64,000 nucleotides of DNA from an uncultured Rhodospirillales bacterium (GCA_964568585.1 CAZMQI010000004.1:11312-75311); one strand, 5' to 3'; positions 38,203 to 49,575 are shown, counted from the first letter of the stretch. Notes: generated by a model not told the origin, from the letters alone. Translations and numbers: made by a program.

Positions 38203-39368
38203 TGAATAAAACCAACTCATCTTTTCCTTTAGTCATGCTTGCAGCAGGCGGCACGGGCGGCCATATTTTTCCAGCCGAAGCGTTGGCGCGTGAATTATTG
38301 AAGCGGAATGTGAATGTATGTCTGGTCACTGATAAACGCGGCGGCCAGTTTAGCGCGGATATGTTGGACGTGCCTGTACTCCGCATCCACGCGGCAGGAT
38401 TAGGTAGCAGCTTTCTTGGCAAGCTACGCGGTGTTATTGAAATGAGCATCGGTGCGTTTGAAGCATGGCTTGCGATACGCAAACACAAGCCATCGCTGGT
38501 AGTCGGTTTTGGCGGCTATCCATCCGTTCCCACCGTTTTTGCTGCATCACGCTGCGGTATTCCCATTATGCTGCATGAACAAAATGCCGTGGTGGGACGA
38601 GCGAATAAAATTTTGAGCCATTTGGCGCAGTCCATTGCCACATCATTCCCGAATGTAAAGGGGTTGGAAAACAGCAAAACGCGCATTGCATTAACGGGCA
38701 ACCCCGTGCGCCCGGCCATTCGTGCGCTTTATGATGCAGCCTACCCGCCTGTTTCTGAAACTGGCACCCTCACATTATTAGTATTAGGCGGAAGCCTAGG
38801 CGCGACGATTTTCAGCGACGTTGTTCCCAAAGCCGTGATGCGTTTGCCGGAACCGCTTCGTAAGCGCCTGATTATCCACCAGCAATGCCGTAAGGATGAT
38901 CTGGAAAAAGTTCGCGCAGCCTATGGCGAAAACGGAATTCACGTTGAACTCGCCACATTCTTTCACGATGTTCCGGAACGTCTGGCGAATTGCCATTTGG
39001 CGATTTGCCGTTCGGGCGCATCCACCGTTTCGGAATTGGCGGTTGCAGGACGCCCTGCCATTTTGGTGCCATACCCACATGCCTTGACGGGTGAACAAAA
39101 AGCCAATGCGGAAGCTTTGGCGGAAACCGGCGGCGCATGGCTTATCCCCCAAGCGGCATTTACGCCGGAAGCTTTGGCCGTTCGGCTTGAATCCCTCCTC
39201 ACCCTGCCCGCCACGTTAATAAAGACGGCAGCCGCCACTAAAAACATGGCAAGGGTCGATGCAGCCAGCAAATTAGCGGATTTAGCGTGCGAGATGATTG
39301 GCCTCTCGCATGATGGACAAAAAGCAGGCTATAATGACGGCGGAACAGATAAGAACCTTGCCGCTTAA
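38202..39368 (+). CDS. murG: undecaprenyldiphospho-muramoylpentapeptide beta-N-acetylglucosaminyltransferase
   Basis: [17 protein letters not shown]-terminal motif and the C-terminal GT-B region. dcw position. Confidence 0.9.
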   Translation: MNKTNSSFPLVMLAAGGTGGHIFPAEALARELLKRNVNVCLVTDKRGGQFSADMLDVPVLRIHAAGLGSSFLGKLRGVIEMSIGAFEAWLAIRKHKPSLVVGFGGYPSVPTVFAASRCGIPIMLHEQNAVVGRANKILSHLAQSIATSFPNVKGLENSKTRIALTGNPVRPAIRALYDAAYPPVSETGTLTLLVLGGSLGATIFSDVVPKAVMRLPEPLRKRLIIHQQCRKDDLEKVRAAYGENGIHVELATFFHDVPERLANCHLAICRSGASTVSELAVAGRPAILVPYPHALTGEQKANAEALAETGGAWLIPQAAFTPEALAVRLESLLTLPATLIKTAAATKNMARVDAASKLADLACEMIGLSHDGQKAGYNDGGTDKNLAA

Positions 39369-39382
39369 GTCAGGCCCGTTTG

Positions 39383-40855
39383 ATGAACACTATTTCGCCG
39401 CTTCATAATAAAACACGCATTCCACTTGCCGTGGGTGCCATCCATTTCGTGGGCATTGGCGGCATTGGCATGAGCGGTATTGCCGAAATCCTCCACCATC
39501 TTGGCTACACCGTGCAAGGCAGCGATGCGGCGGAGAATGCGAACGTCAAACGCCTGCGTGAACGTGGCATCAAGATATGGACAACCCATGACGCATCCCA
39601 TTTGGGCGATGCAACGGTTGTCGTCATTTCATCTGCGATTAAAAAAGATAATGCCGAACTGATTGCTGCGCGCGAAAAACATATTCCAATTGTACGCCGC
39701 GCCGAAATGCTTGGCGAGCTCATGCGTCTTAAATGGGCGATTGCAATTGGTGGCACGCACGGAAAAACGACCACGACATCACTGGTTGGCGCGATGCTGG
39801 AAACCGCACAGATGGATCCCACCGTCATTAATGGCGGCATCATCAACGCCTATGGCACCAATGCGCGGCTTGGCGATGGCGAATGGATGGTGGTTGAAAG
39901 CGATGAATCCGATGGCTCATTCACCAAGCTGCCAGCAACCGTTGCGGTTGTGACCAATATCGATCCGGAGCATATGGAGCATTACGGCACGTTCGATGCT
40001 GTGCGGAAGGCGTATGATACATTCGTAAGCAATATTCCCTTCTATGGCTTTGCGGTGTTGTGTACTGACCACCCGGAAGTTCAGGCGATGATCCCGCGTG
40101 TGTCAGACCGCCGATTAATAACCTATGGAACCAATGCACAGGCGGATATACGCGCCAGCAATATCGAAACTGGCGCTTTTGGCGCACGGTTCGATGTTGT
40201 CTTTACTGACCCGAAAACTGGAACTTCGGAAACCGTAAGTGCAATCGATTTGCCGATGTATGGGCATCATAATATTTTGAATGCACTGGCATCTATCGCT
40301 GTTGGACGTGCATTGGGCATTGCAACGCCGGTAATGCGCGAAGCGTTGGCGAAGTTCAGCGGTGTGAAACGCCGCTTTACCAAAATCGGCACGGTCAATG
40401 GTATCACCATCATTGATGATTACGGCCACCACCCTGTTGAAATCTCCGCTGTGCTATCCGCAGCACAAAGCGCACGCGGTGGCCAAGGCCGCACCATTGC
40501 CGTGGTGCAGCCGCACCGCTACACACGCTTGCAATCATTGTTCAATGAATTCTGCACCTGCTTTAATGAAGCGGATATTGTGATTGTCGCTGATGTATAT
40601 GCCGCAGGCGAACAACCGATTGAAGGCGCAAGCCGTGATGCGTTAGTTGAAGGTCTTCGTACCCACGGCCACCGTCATGTGCATGCCCTTAGCTCACCTG
40701 AAGCACTACCCACACTCATCGCCGAGCTCGCCTCCCCCGATGATCTGGTTGTATGTCTGGGTGCTGGCAATATCACCAGCTGGGCGCAGCAATTGCCCCA
40801 AGCATTGGAAGAACACTATAATCAAGCGCCGAAGAAGACGGCATCCGCCACATGA
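39383..40855 (+). CDS. murC: UDP-N-acetylmuramate--L-alanine ligase
   Basis: [17 protein letters not shown]-terminus and P-loop [11 protein letters not shown]. The ORF track starts at a TTG one codon upstream (39380); ATG 39383 is preferred. Confidence 0.9.
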   Translation: MNTISPLHNKTRIPLAVGAIHFVGIGGIGMSGIAEILHHLGYTVQGSDAAENANVKRLRERGIKIWTTHDASHLGDATVVVISSAIKKDNAELIAAREKHIPIVRRAEMLGELMRLKWAIAIGGTHGKTTTTSLVGAMLETAQMDPTVINGGIINAYGTNARLGDGEWMVVESDESDGSFTKLPATVAVVTNIDPEHMEHYGTFDAVRKAYDTFVSNIPFYGFAVLCTDHPEVQAMIPRVSDRRLITYGTNAQADIRASNIETGAFGARFDVVFTDPKTGTSETVSAIDLPMYGHHNILNALASIAVGRALGIATPVMREALAKFSGVKRRFTKIGTVNGITIIDDYGHHPVEISAVLSAAQSARGGQGRTIAVVQPHRYTRLQSLFNEFCTCFNEADIVIVADVYAAGEQPIEGASRDALVEGLRTHGHRHVHALSSPEALPTLIAELASPDDLVVCLGAGNITSWAQQLPQALEEHYNQAPKKTASAT

Positions 40856-41757
40856 GTTTGGTTCTGCCAGAAGTGCGCGGCGCATATATCAAGGATGCGC
40901 CATTAAAGGACAGCACATGGTTCAAGGTTGGCGGCAATGCGGAAGTATTATTCAAACCAGCTGATGAAGAAGACCTATCGCAGTTTTTAAAACATGTTTC
41001 GCCGGAAATTCCTGTCACTATATTGGGATTAGCATCCAACGTCATTGTACGCGATGGCGGGATTGATGGCGTTGTCATCCGCATGGGTGCGGAGTTTAAA
41101 AAGATTGCAATCGATGGCGACATCATTACCGCTGGCGCAGCCGCTGTGGATTTAATGGTGGCCAAGGCAGCAGAGAAAGCAAGTCTGACCGGACTTGAAT
41201 TCATGAGCGGTATTCCGGGCAGCGTTGGCGGCGGATTGTTCATGAATGCTGGTGCCTATGGCAGCGAATTCAAGGACGTGGTGATTGATGCACGGTTGAT
41301 GGACGAAAAGGGTAATATAAAAACCCTTTCCAATGATGAGCTTGGCTTTACATACCGCCATTCCAATACGCCAGACCGACACATTTTCCTTTCTGCGCGG
41401 TTTCAAACCAAACCCGGGGATGCCACGGCCATAGCGGCAAAGATGGCTGAAATCCAAAGCAGCCGCCAAGGCAGCCAGCCTATTCGCAGCTACACGGGTG
41501 GTTCGACCTTTGCGAACCCACCCTTAGATATTTCTGGGGGTAAGAAAGCATGGCAGCTCATCGATGCGGCGGGTTGCCGCGGGTTAAGAATTGGCGGTGC
41601 GGAAGTATCGAATCAGCACTGCAATTTTTTAATAAACACGGGCGATGCTAACGCGCATGATTTAGAATTGCTCGGTGAAACGGTACGTGAACGCGTGGCG
41701 GGGCACAGCGGCATTGAATTGCGCTGGGAAATAAAACGATTAGGAAAAGAAGGATGA
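40852..41757 (+). CDS. murB: UDP-N-acetylenolpyruvoylglucosamine reductase
   Basis: FAD-binding domain ([10 protein letters not shown]...[14 protein letters not shown]) and C-terminal MurB domain. 4-bp overlap with murC. Confidence 0.9.
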   Translation: MSLVLPEVRGAYIKDAPLKDSTWFKVGGNAEVLFKPADEEDLSQFLKHVSPEIPVTILGLASNVIVRDGGIDGVVIRMGAEFKKIAIDGDIITAGAAAVDLMVAKAAEKASLTGLEFMSGIPGSVGGGLFMNAGAYGSEFKDVVIDARLMDEKGNIKTLSNDELGFTYRHSNTPDRHIFLSARFQTKPGDATAIAAKMAEIQSSRQGSQPIRSYTGGSTFANPPLDISGGKKAWQLIDAAGCRGLRIGGAEVSNQHCNFLINTGDANAHDLELLGETVRERVAGHSGIELRWEIKRLGKEG

Positions 41758-42023
41758 GGGTGTGTCATCAATTATAGCGTGGAGTATTGTTTCAAAATAA
41801 AAGTAATATGCTAGGAAGCAAGCGCAGCTGTAGTATTGCTACAGCAAGTGAAGGTGACAACGCAGATTGCTTTTATTTTGAAACCCTAAAGGGCGCGGCA
41901 GAAAAACGCCCCGACTACTTCAGAAAGCTTGGCCGTAGCACCACTACGACCATCGCTTTCTTCATAGTCGGATACGCTTTTCTGCTACGTGCAATACCCA
42001 CGTTATAATTGAGGACACACCCC
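41758..42023. repeat. ~265-bp element with ~31-bp imperfect terminal inverted repeats filling the murB-ddl gap (MITE-like or large structured RNA)
   Basis: The left end GGTGTGTCATCAATTATAGCGTGGAGTATTG (41758..41789) pairs with the reverse complement of the right end CAATACCCACGTTATAATTGAGGACACACC (41992..42021), with only about 3 mismatches. Internal hairpins GCTGTAG-N5-CTACAGC and GGGCG-N11-CGCCC. Confidence 0.55.
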
Positions 42024-42024
42024 T

Positions 42025-42966
42025 ATGACCATTACGCCCAAAAAAATTGCTGTCCTGCTGGGTGGCTGGTCGGCTGAGCGCGAAGTATCGCTGACCGGTG
42101 GCGCATTAATCGTTGAAGCGTTGAAAAGCCTTGGCCACCAAGTTAGTGCGATTGATGTGCAACGCGATCTGGTTGGATTATTGCAATCGATTTTACAACA
42201 CCCGATGGGTAAGCCTGATGTCATCTTCAACGCACTGCACGGGCGCGGCGGCGAAGATGGGTGTATTCAAGGCGTTCTGGAATTTCTTGGCATTCCCTAT
42301 ACCCATTCCGGCGTTTTATGCTCCGCAATGTGTATGGATAAGCCGACCGCCAAAAAAATCGTATCGTCCTTTGGCGTGCGCTGCCCCGAGGGCAAGGTGA
42401 TGACGCGTGACGAAATTTTAAAAAACGGATTTCCATTCGAAGCACCGTTTGTCATCAAACCCACCAATGAAGGTTCCAGCGTTGGCGTGCATATCGTACG
42501 CAAAGGCGAGAATTTCGATATTGCAAGAGAAGGCTGGGTTTACGGCCATGAAGTATTGGTGGAACGCTATATCCCTGGCCGCGAATTGACCGTTGGATTA
42601 CTTGGCGGCAAGGCAATGATGGTAACCGAAATCAAATTCACCGCAGATTTTTATGATTACACCGTGAAATATACTGCTGGCCATTCAACGCATGATTGCC
42701 CTGCACATATTCCGCTTGCCGTTGAAAAGGAAGCGATGCGTATGGCCGAAGTTGCCTATGCCGCGCTTGGATGCAATGGCGCGGCACGTATCGATTTGCG
42801 TTTTGATGAAAGCCGCAAAGAATCCGAAAGCCTGTACTTCCTTGAAATGAATAATCAGCCGGGCTTTACGCCCATGTCGCTTGTTCCGGAACAAGCAGCT
42901 GCAAAGGGCATGCCTTACGCACAATTGTGTCAGTGGATCATCGACCATCCTATCCAACCAGATTAA
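42025..42966 (+). CDS. ddl: D-alanine--D-alanine ligase
   Basis: 313 aa, ATP-grasp fold. N-terminus KIAVLLGGWSAEREVSL, then GEDGCIQGVLEFLGIPYTHSG. Confidence 0.9.
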   Translation: MTITPKKIAVLLGGWSAEREVSLTGGALIVEALKSLGHQVSAIDVQRDLVGLLQSILQHPMGKPDVIFNALHGRGGEDGCIQGVLEFLGIPYTHSGVLCSAMCMDKPTAKKIVSSFGVRCPEGKVMTRDEILKNGFPFEAPFVIKPTNEGSSVGVHIVRKGENFDIAREGWVYGHEVLVERYIPGRELTVGLLGGKAMMVTEIKFTADFYDYTVKYTAGHSTHDCPAHIPLAVEKEAMRMAEVAYAALGCNGAARIDLRFDESRKESESLYFLEMNNQPGFTPMSLVPEQAAAKGMPYAQLCQWIIDHPIQPD

Positions 42967-42972
42967 CGCTGC

Positions 42973-43824
42973 ATGAAACGCAAAGTTGTTATTCGTCGTT
43001 CAAAGCCAAGACCCGCACCCCGTTCCACGGAAACGGTGTGGAATTGGCGTTCGACTGCGCTAGCCGCCAGCGTGTTTTTAGTATTGGGATTATTGGTCAG
43101 CGGATTATTGCTGTGGCGTTCGGGCTGGTTTCAAAAACAAGCTGAACTGATTACGGCCAGCAGCCTTGAGCTAACCCGCAAAGCAGGTTTTTCGGTTGAG
43201 GACATTCTGGTCGAAGGCCGCAGCCAAACCGATAAAGAACAGATTGTCAGCGTGCTGCAGGTTGAAAAGGGTTCCCCTATTCTTGCATTCAATCCGCATG
43301 ATGCATTGAAACGTCTTGGCGATATTTCATGGGTAAAAAGCGGTGTCGTTGAACGCCGTTTGCCAAGCACGATTTTCGTGCGGCTATATGAACGCGAGCC
43401 AATCGCCATCTGGCAGAACAAACACATCATCAAACTGATTGATGCGGAAGGCCATGTGCTTCGTGACTTAGGCGATGATGAACCCGTGCGCTATCCGCTA
43501 GTGGTGGGTGAAGGTGCAAATACCCATGTAGCCGAGCTTTTAATCCAGCTGCGGCAATATCCATCGGTACTGACACCGCTCACCTCAGCCGTGCGCGTTT
43601 CCAACCGCCGCTGGGATTTGCACATGAACAATAATATCATCGTGAAGCTGCCGGAAGAGAACGTAGCAGCCGCATTGGACCGCTTGTATAAAGCCATTAC
43701 CGAACAACATATTATGGAGCGCAACATCGTTGCACTGGATTTACGCCTGCCAGACCGTATGATTATCGAGACCAACGACCCGATTGAACAACCTAAAGCC
43801 ACCAAGTCAGCCCCCAAGATATAG
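42973..43824 (+). CDS. ftsQ: cell division protein FtsQ
   Basis: Basic N-terminus and single TM, followed by the POTRA and FtsQ beta domains. Sits between ddl and ftsA. Confidence 0.85.
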   Translation: MKRKVVIRRSKPRPAPRSTETVWNWRSTALAASVFLVLGLLVSGLLLWRSGWFQKQAELITASSLELTRKAGFSVEDILVEGRSQTDKEQIVSVLQVEKGSPILAFNPHDALKRLGDISWVKSGVVERRLPSTIFVRLYEREPIAIWQNKHIIKLIDAEGHVLRDLGDDEPVRYPLVVGEGANTHVAELLIQLRQYPSVLTPLTSAVRVSNRRWDLHMNNNIIVKLPEENVAAALDRLYKAITEQHIMERNIVALDLRLPDRMIIETNDPIEQPKATKSAPKI

Positions 43825-43835
43825 CGGATTAGCCA

Positions 43836-45110
43836 ATGGCCAATGATAACAATCAAAACACGCGCAAACGTTCAAACACCAAAGGCGATATCCTTGCCGC
43901 GCTTGATATTGGCACCAGCAAGATCTGCTGCTTCATCGCACGCGCGACGGAAGAAGGTGGCACGCGCGTTATCGGTATTGGCCATCACATCTCCCAAGGT
44001 GTGAAGGGCGGCAATATCGTGGACGTGGAAGCCGCGCAAAGCGCCATCAACGCGACGCTTGATAATGCCGAAGAAGTTGCCGGTGAAAAAATCAGCCGCG
44101 TCATCGTGAATTTCTCAGGGGGCAAACTGGCATCGCACCATGCCGACATCCACATCAATCTGAATGGCCGCGAAGCAAGCGACTATGACATTGAACGTGC
44201 CTTGGCGATGGGCCAGCAGGAAAATCTGGCGGAAGGCTCGGAGCTTATTCATTTAGTGCCAACCGATTTTTCGATTGATGGCCAGAATGGGATTAGAGAT
44301 CCGCGCGGGATGATTGGCGATAATTTGAATGCGAAATTGCACATGGTTTCGGCTCATTACGCCCCTATCCGTACCCTGTTATCTGCACTGCAACGCTGCC
44401 ATCTTCAGGTGAGCGATGTAGTTGTATCACCATACGCCAGCGGACTTGCATGTCTGGTGGACGATGAAATGGAATTGGGCGCAACGCTAATTGATATGGG
44501 CGGCGGCACAACAACCTTTGCATTATTCAATGATAAACAGATGGTACACGCCGATAGCATCCCCATTGGCGGCATGCATGTGACGAATGATATTGCGCGT
44601 GGTCTTACTACGCCCGTCAATCACGCCGAACGCCTCAAAACACTTTTTGGAAATGCACTGTCCAGCTCATCCGATGAGCGCGAGATGATTGACGTGCCGC
44701 AAGTCGGCGAAGAAGCACCCGAACATGCAAACCATATTCCGAAATCGCATCTCATCCGCATTATCGGCCCACGCCTTGAAGAAACATTCGAACATCTGCG
44801 CGACCGATTGAAGGTTGCGGAAAGCAGCGTTGCAGTTAATCGCCGCGTGGTGTTGACGGGCGGCGCATGCCAATTGCCGGGCATTCGTGAAATGGCGCAA
44901 CGTATTCTGGATAAACAAGTTCGCATTGGCCGCCCTTATCGCTTGCAAGGCCTCAGCGATAATGCATCCGGCCCGGCCTTCGCCACGATTGCAGGATTGC
45001 TGGCCTATGCCACCAACCCCGAAGCAAGCATGCCGCGCTTTGGTCAGGATTTGAGTGCGAACCAAGGGTTCTTCGACCGCATCGGCGGCTGGCTGAGAAA
45101 CGCTATCTAA
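43836..45110 (+). CDS. ftsA: cell division protein FtsA
   Basis: Actin-like ATPase (LDIGTSKICCFIA, DMGGGTTT). Confidence 0.9.
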   Translation: MANDNNQNTRKRSNTKGDILAALDIGTSKICCFIARATEEGGTRVIGIGHHISQGVKGGNIVDVEAAQSAINATLDNAEEVAGEKISRVIVNFSGGKLASHHADIHINLNGREASDYDIERALAMGQQENLAEGSELIHLVPTDFSIDGQNGIRDPRGMIGDNLNAKLHMVSAHYAPIRTLLSALQRCHLQVSDVVVSPYASGLACLVDDEMELGATLIDMGGGTTTFALFNDKQMVHADSIPIGGMHVTNDIARGLTTPVNHAERLKTLFGNALSSSSDEREMIDVPQVGEEAPEHANHIPKSHLIRIIGPRLEETFEHLRDRLKVAESSVAVNRRVVLTGGACQLPGIREMAQRILDKQVRIGRPYRLQGLSDNASGPAFATIAGLLAYATNPEASMPRFGQDLSANQGFFDRIGGWLRNAI

Positions 45111-45116
45111 GATTTT

Positions 45117-45437
45117 TTAAATTGTCATATTGAGGGTGATGCCTACGGCGTTCGCGCCGCGTCCATCCGCTTTCAAACTGCGTTTAATCTCGTCCGCGAT
45201 TTGTTGTTCAACCTTTTTCTGCTCGTCGGGCAGCATGGCCTTTAAGCTTTCTTCGGTCATGTTATGGGCGCGCAGATATTTGTAGCGGATTTTGTCGGCT
45301 ACCGACATCTGGGAATATTTTACCAGTTCCTCGGCAGGGTTGGCCTTGTCCGCCGCGCTTTTGGCAAGGGCGGAAGTACTGGTTTTACCCGTATAATAGC
45401 TACCGGCGTTAGTAATGCCTGATATTGCACTGGTCAT
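45117..45437 (-). CDS. hypothetical small protein encoded antisense in the ftsA-ftsZ intergenic region
   Basis: Non-repetitive, protein-like ORF. An internal ATG (the codon ending at 45437) is preceded by a perfect GGAGG Shine-Dalgarno with a 5-nt spacer, giving a 106-aa product (MTSAISGITNAGSYY...). The ORF-track start at 45449 is 4 codons upstream. Confidence 0.55.
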   Translation of the reverse strand: MTSAISGITNAGSYYTGKTSTSALAKSAADKANPAEELVKYSQMSVADKIRYKYLRAHNMTEESLKAMLPDEQKKVEQQIADEIKRSLKADGRGANAVGITLNMTI

Positions 45438-45659
45438 AACAACCTCCATGCGCGTGATGCGCTACCCCTTACAAAGCATATTTTGTGCCAAATATAGGCC
45501 ATGGCTGGCTGCCACAAAAATACCCAGATGAAAGCTAACCACCGGCCAATATGTTAAGGGTTTCAGCCAATCATTACGCAAATCAGTTGATTTGGCCTTG
45601 CTTCGAATCCGAGCCGCGGTTTAGCGTTTGGGTCTGATTCAAAAGAAGGATTCATCAGA

Positions 45660-47360
45660 ATGATTCAAATTACAGTTCCAGAAATGCAAACCCAACTCCG
45701 CCCACGTATCACCGTTTTTGGTGTTGGCGGCGCAGGCGGCAATGCGGTGAATAATATGATCCGCTCCAATCTGGAAGGCGTTGAATTCGTGGTTGCCAAT
45801 TCCGATGCACAATCGCTTTCAAGCAATCTGTCCGAACGCAAATTGCAACTGGGCGTGAATTTGACCCGTGGCCTTGGCGCAGGTGCAAAACCCGATGTAG
45901 GCAGAGCATCAGCAGAAGAACAAATCGATGAAATCAACGCGTACTTGGAAGGCACCAACATGGCCTTCATCACCGCAGGTATGGGCGGCGGCACAGGTAC
46001 TGGCGCAGCGCCCGTGATTGCCAGAGCAGCACGCGAACACGGTATTCTGACCGTTGGCGTTGTGACCAAGCCATTCCACTTCGAAGGTTCACATCGCATG
46101 CGTATGGCCGAAGCCGGTATCGCCGAATTGCAACAATATGTCGATACACTGATTATTATTCCAAATCAAAACCTGTTCAGAATTGCGAATGAAAAAACAA
46201 CCTTCGCCGATGCATTCCGCATGGCTGACGAAGTGCTCCATTCCGGCGTACGTGGCGTGACTGATTTGATGGTTATGCCTGGTTTGATTAACTTAGACTT
46301 TGCCGACATCCGCTCCGTGATGAGCGAAATGGGCAAAGCAATGATGGGCACTGGCGAAGCAACCGGCGAAAAACGTTCGGTGAATGCAGCAGAAGCCGCG
46401 ATTGCAAATCCATTGCTTGATGATGTGTCGATGAAGGGCGCACGTGGTGTGCTCATCAACATCACCGGCGGTTATGATATGACCCTGTTCGAAGTTGATG
46501 AAGCCGCAAACCGTATCCGCGAAGAAGTTGACCCAGATGCCAATATCATCTTCGGTTCGACCTTCGAAGAAAAGATGGATGGCCGCATGCGCGTTTCCGT
46601 CGTTGCAACCGGTATTGACGCCGCAGCAGAAATGCCGCGCAGCCAAGCCGTGAGCATGGCAGGGTTGAATGCTTCGAAATTCCGCGCAGCAGAAACCCAA
46701 GCACCACAGCAAGCATCCTTCAATGGTGGCTTCACCGCGCCAGCTGCAGCACAGCAGCATGCACAGCGTCAACAGTCCCAACAGCCAGCGGCATCGTTCT
46801 ATAACCAACAGCCCGCACAACCGCAGCAGCAAGCTCAACAGCCAGTGGCACAGCCTTCATTCTCTTCGCCGTTCACATGGGGCGCGCCAAAGCAATCCCA
46901 ACAGCCAAGCATCTCGTCGCAAAGCGCCGCGCTTGACCAATTGCTGGAACGTGCCAAGCAAGCTGAAAGCATCATGAACCAGGCAACTGCCGCTGAACAA
47001 CAACAGCAAGCGCCACAACCTGTACAACAACCAACATCGATTTCATTTGGTCAACCAGTTCCACAGGCGGCTCCACAACCCCAATTCCCGCAAGCACAGC
47101 AACAACAGCAAGCACCTTTTGTACACGTACAGGCTCCTGCTGCTGAAAAGCAGAACACCAAGCGCAGCAGCTCGCTGTTTGCACGTATCGCGGAGTTTGG
47201 CGGCGGCAAGCGTGATACCCAATCGGCACCGGCTGAACAACAGCAACAATCACAAGCACCATCCAAGGAATTGGGTGTGAATGCATCGGATCGTCCACGT
47301 CTTTCTTCGGAAGAAGAAACACTGGAAATTCCGGCGTTCTTGCGTCGCCAATCGAACTAA
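45660..47360 (+). CDS. ftsZ: cell division GTPase FtsZ with long Gln/Pro-rich C-terminal linker and conserved C-terminal peptide
   Basis: Tubulin signature GGGTGTG and the T7 loop. The ~220-aa Q/P/A-rich linker ends with [12 protein letters not shown]. Confidence 0.95.
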   Translation: MIQITVPEMQTQLRPRITVFGVGGAGGNAVNNMIRSNLEGVEFVVANSDAQSLSSNLSERKLQLGVNLTRGLGAGAKPDVGRASAEEQIDEINAYLEGTNMAFITAGMGGGTGTGAAPVIARAAREHGILTVGVVTKPFHFEGSHRMRMAEAGIAELQQYVDTLIIIPNQNLFRIANEKTTFADAFRMADEVLHSGVRGVTDLMVMPGLINLDFADIRSVMSEMGKAMMGTGEATGEKRSVNAAEAAIANPLLDDVSMKGARGVLINITGGYDMTLFEVDEAANRIREEVDPDANIIFGSTFEEKMDGRMRVSVVATGIDAAAEMPRSQAVSMAGLNASKFRAAETQAPQQASFNGGFTAPAAAQQHAQRQQSQQPAASFYNQQPAQPQQQAQQPVAQPSFSSPFTWGAPKQSQQPSISSQSAALDQLLERAKQAESIMNQATAAEQQQQAPQPVQQPTSISFGQPVPQAAPQPQFPQAQQQQQAPFVHVQAPAAEKQNTKRSSSLFARIAEFGGGKRDTQSAPAEQQQQSQAPSKELGVNASDRPRLSSEEETLEIPAFLRRQSN

Positions 47361-47379
47361 CGGCTATCCCTTTCAAGAC

Positions 47380-47422
47380 GGCGCGGGCCACTGGTTTTTG
47401 TCAGGGCTCGCGCCGTTTTTTT
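47380..47422 (+). terminator. rho-independent terminator after ftsZ
   Basis: 10-bp stem GGCGCGGGCC/GGCTCGCGCC (one G-U pair) followed by GTTTTTTT. Confidence 0.7.
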
Positions 47423-47575
47423 ATGTCCTTTTTGAGACATGCCCACTGGGGTTTTATGCTTATTTCCCAGATAGTTATCATTGTAATACGCCGCAACAAC
47501 CCGTGATTTCAGACTGCCCCGCCCCTTTGTTACTTTGGCGTCAGGATTAAACAATCAACGGATTCCTTTATTTCA

Positions 47576-48547
47576 ATGTTGGGCGATTTGCCACCACTCC
47601 TTACCTCACCCGTGCTTTCACGCACGCAAAAAACACTGGCAAGTGCATTGTCATGTGAAGGCGAAGGTGTGCACAACGGGAAATCGGTGCGCGTCTCCAT
47701 TCAACCTGCTCCTGCTAATTACGGCATCCAGTTCGAACGTACGGATGTAAAAGTTAAAACCAATATCATCCCCGCAATCTGGAGCGGTGTGCGTGTAACG
47801 CCGCTATGCACCCAAATCCTGAATAGCGATGGAATTGAAGTACGCACCATCGAACATTTGATGGCAGCACTGTTCGCCAGCGGCATTGATAACGCACACA
47901 TCACCATCAGCGGTGCGGAAATGCCGATTATGGATGGAAGCTCGTTGCCATTCCTGCACATGATTGCGGGTGTGGGTGTTGTGGATTGCGGAAATACACC
48001 GCGCGAATTCATCAAAATCATCAAACCCATTGAAGCAAAGCAAGGCGATGCCTATGCACGGTTATTGCCTGCATCCTCTCCCCGCTTCAGCGTGACGGTT
48101 GCTTATCCGCAGCATAATGTAGGCGAACAGCAAGCTACGTTCGATTTCGAAGATGGCAATTTCATCAAGGATATCGCAAGTGCGCGTACCTTCGGCTTTA
48201 AAACCGATTTGGAATATCTGCACGCCAAGGGCCTCGCGCTGGGTGGTAATTTCAGCAATGCGATTTTAATTAATGCCGAAGGGAAGATTATGAACCCTGG
48301 TGGCTATCGCTCCCCCAATGAACTGGCACGCCACAAGTTGCTGGACGCTGTGGGTGATATTGCGCTGGCTGGCAGCATCATCCTTGGTCATATGGATAGC
48401 AACCGTTCGGGTCATACACTCAACAATGCGCTGCTTCGCGCCTTATTCGCGGACGCAACCGCATATACCAAAGTCGAGCTGCCGAATGCCTTGGGCGAAT
48501 CATTGGACTTTGCTCCCACACGCTCTGAAACAACTGTTTCTGTATAA
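47576..48547 (+). CDS. lpxC: UDP-3-O-acyl-N-acetylglucosamine deacetylase
   Basis: Aligns to LpxC from QKTLASALSCEGEGVHNGKSVRVSIQPAPANYG onward, with the HKxLD motif (RHKLLDAVGD). The true start may be GTG 47612, which gives MLSRTQKTL. Confidence 0.85.
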   Translation: MLGDLPPLLTSPVLSRTQKTLASALSCEGEGVHNGKSVRVSIQPAPANYGIQFERTDVKVKTNIIPAIWSGVRVTPLCTQILNSDGIEVRTIEHLMAALFASGIDNAHITISGAEMPIMDGSSLPFLHMIAGVGVVDCGNTPREFIKIIKPIEAKQGDAYARLLPASSPRFSVTVAYPQHNVGEQQATFDFEDGNFIKDIASARTFGFKTDLEYLHAKGLALGGNFSNAILINAEGKIMNPGGYRSPNELARHKLLDAVGDIALAGSIILGHMDSNRSGHTLNNALLRALFADATAYTKVELPNALGESLDFAPTRSETTVSV

Positions 48548-48628
48548 GCGTTTTAGCCTAGGTTTTTGCCTTATGGCGGCCATCTTTTCGCGCTTTTTCA
48601 AGCACGCTTTTTCGTCTATAAACGAGGC

Positions 48629-49561
48629 ATGCTAAAACACATCAGAACACACTACATCCAACATCTCCTTATCGCGCTTATGTTCGTCCTGCTCGCTTCA
48701 TGCGAAAGCACAACGGAAAAGCCTTATGTTGAAAAATCAGTGGATCAGCTGTATTCGGCTGCATCCAAGTCGATGGAAGAAAAGGATTACGCGGAAGCCG
48801 CGCGCCTGTTCGATGAAGTGGAACGCCAGCATCCCTATTCCGAATGGGCATCACGGGCGCAGATTATGTCCGCCTTTTCGCATTACCAGAATTACAAATA
48901 TGATGATGCCGTCAATACGCTTAACCGTTTCATTCAAATCCATCCGGGGCATGCACAAATCGCCTATGCCTATTACCTGAAAGCGCTGTGCCATTACGAA
49001 CAAATCAGCGATGTGCGCCGCGACCAAGGCAACACCGCCAAAGCCATGGATCAACTGCGCGAAGTCGCACGTCGCTTCCCCGGCACGCCTTATGCCCGTG
49101 ATGCGGAATTGAAGATTGGTCTCGCCAAAGATCATCTGGCAGGTAAAGAAATGGAAATTGGCCGCTATTATCTGAACCAGAAGCAATACATCGCTGCGCT
49201 GGGGCGCTTCCGCCGTGTGATTGAGGATTACCAGACCACCAGCCATGTGCCGGAGGCACTCCACCGCCTTGTTGAAACCTATTTGCTGATTGGCATCCCC
49301 AAGGAAGCACAAACCGCAGCAGCAGTACTTGGCCATAACTACCCCGGCAATAGCTGGTATCAGGATAGTTATGAATTGCTCAAAGGCAAAAGCCTGACCC
49401 CACTAAAAGACGAAGCCAGCTGGATTTCAAAGACATTCGGTTCATCCACGCCGCAACAAACGCCCGCCGCCGTAACCGCGCCGCGTGAAACTGTTAAGGC
49501 AAACGGAAACACACGCGAAGTCATTCAACCCGTCTTTATCCGAACCGAAACAGCGAAATAG
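48629..49561 (+). CDS. bamD: outer membrane protein assembly factor BamD (ComL/YfiO lipoprotein)
   Basis: Lipoprotein signal with lipobox LLASC. TPR-like repeats (YAEAARLFDEVERQHPYSEWA...). Start moved to ATG 48629, which gives the signal peptide and has an upstream GAGG. Confidence 0.8.
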   Translation: MLKHIRTHYIQHLLIALMFVLLASCESTTEKPYVEKSVDQLYSAASKSMEEKDYAEAARLFDEVERQHPYSEWASRAQIMSAFSHYQNYKYDDAVNTLNRFIQIHPGHAQIAYAYYLKALCHYEQISDVRRDQGNTAKAMDQLREVARRFPGTPYARDAELKIGLAKDHLAGKEMEIGRYYLNQKQYIAALGRFRRVIEDYQTTSHVPEALHRLVETYLLIGIPKEAQTAAAVLGHNYPGNSWYQDSYELLKGKSLTPLKDEASWISKTFGSSTPQQTPAAVTAPRETVKANGNTREVIQPVFIRTETAK

Positions 49562-49575
49562 GAACAACCCGCGCA

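Noticed and set aside
41787-42008. 73-aa ORF inside the murB-ddl spacer
   Set aside because: It lies inside the inverted-repeat-bounded element and has no convincing RBS. It is more likely non-coding, though it cannot be fully excluded.
45585-45605. TTCGAATCC T-loop-like motif upstream of ftsZ
   Set aside because: The flanks cannot form a T-stem or the other tRNA arms.
46669-47391. Multiple ORFs in both strands across the ftsZ 3' region
   Set aside because: They result from the CAG/CAA/CCA-rich linker-coding sequence. FtsZ frame is clearly the real one (conserved C-terminal peptide).
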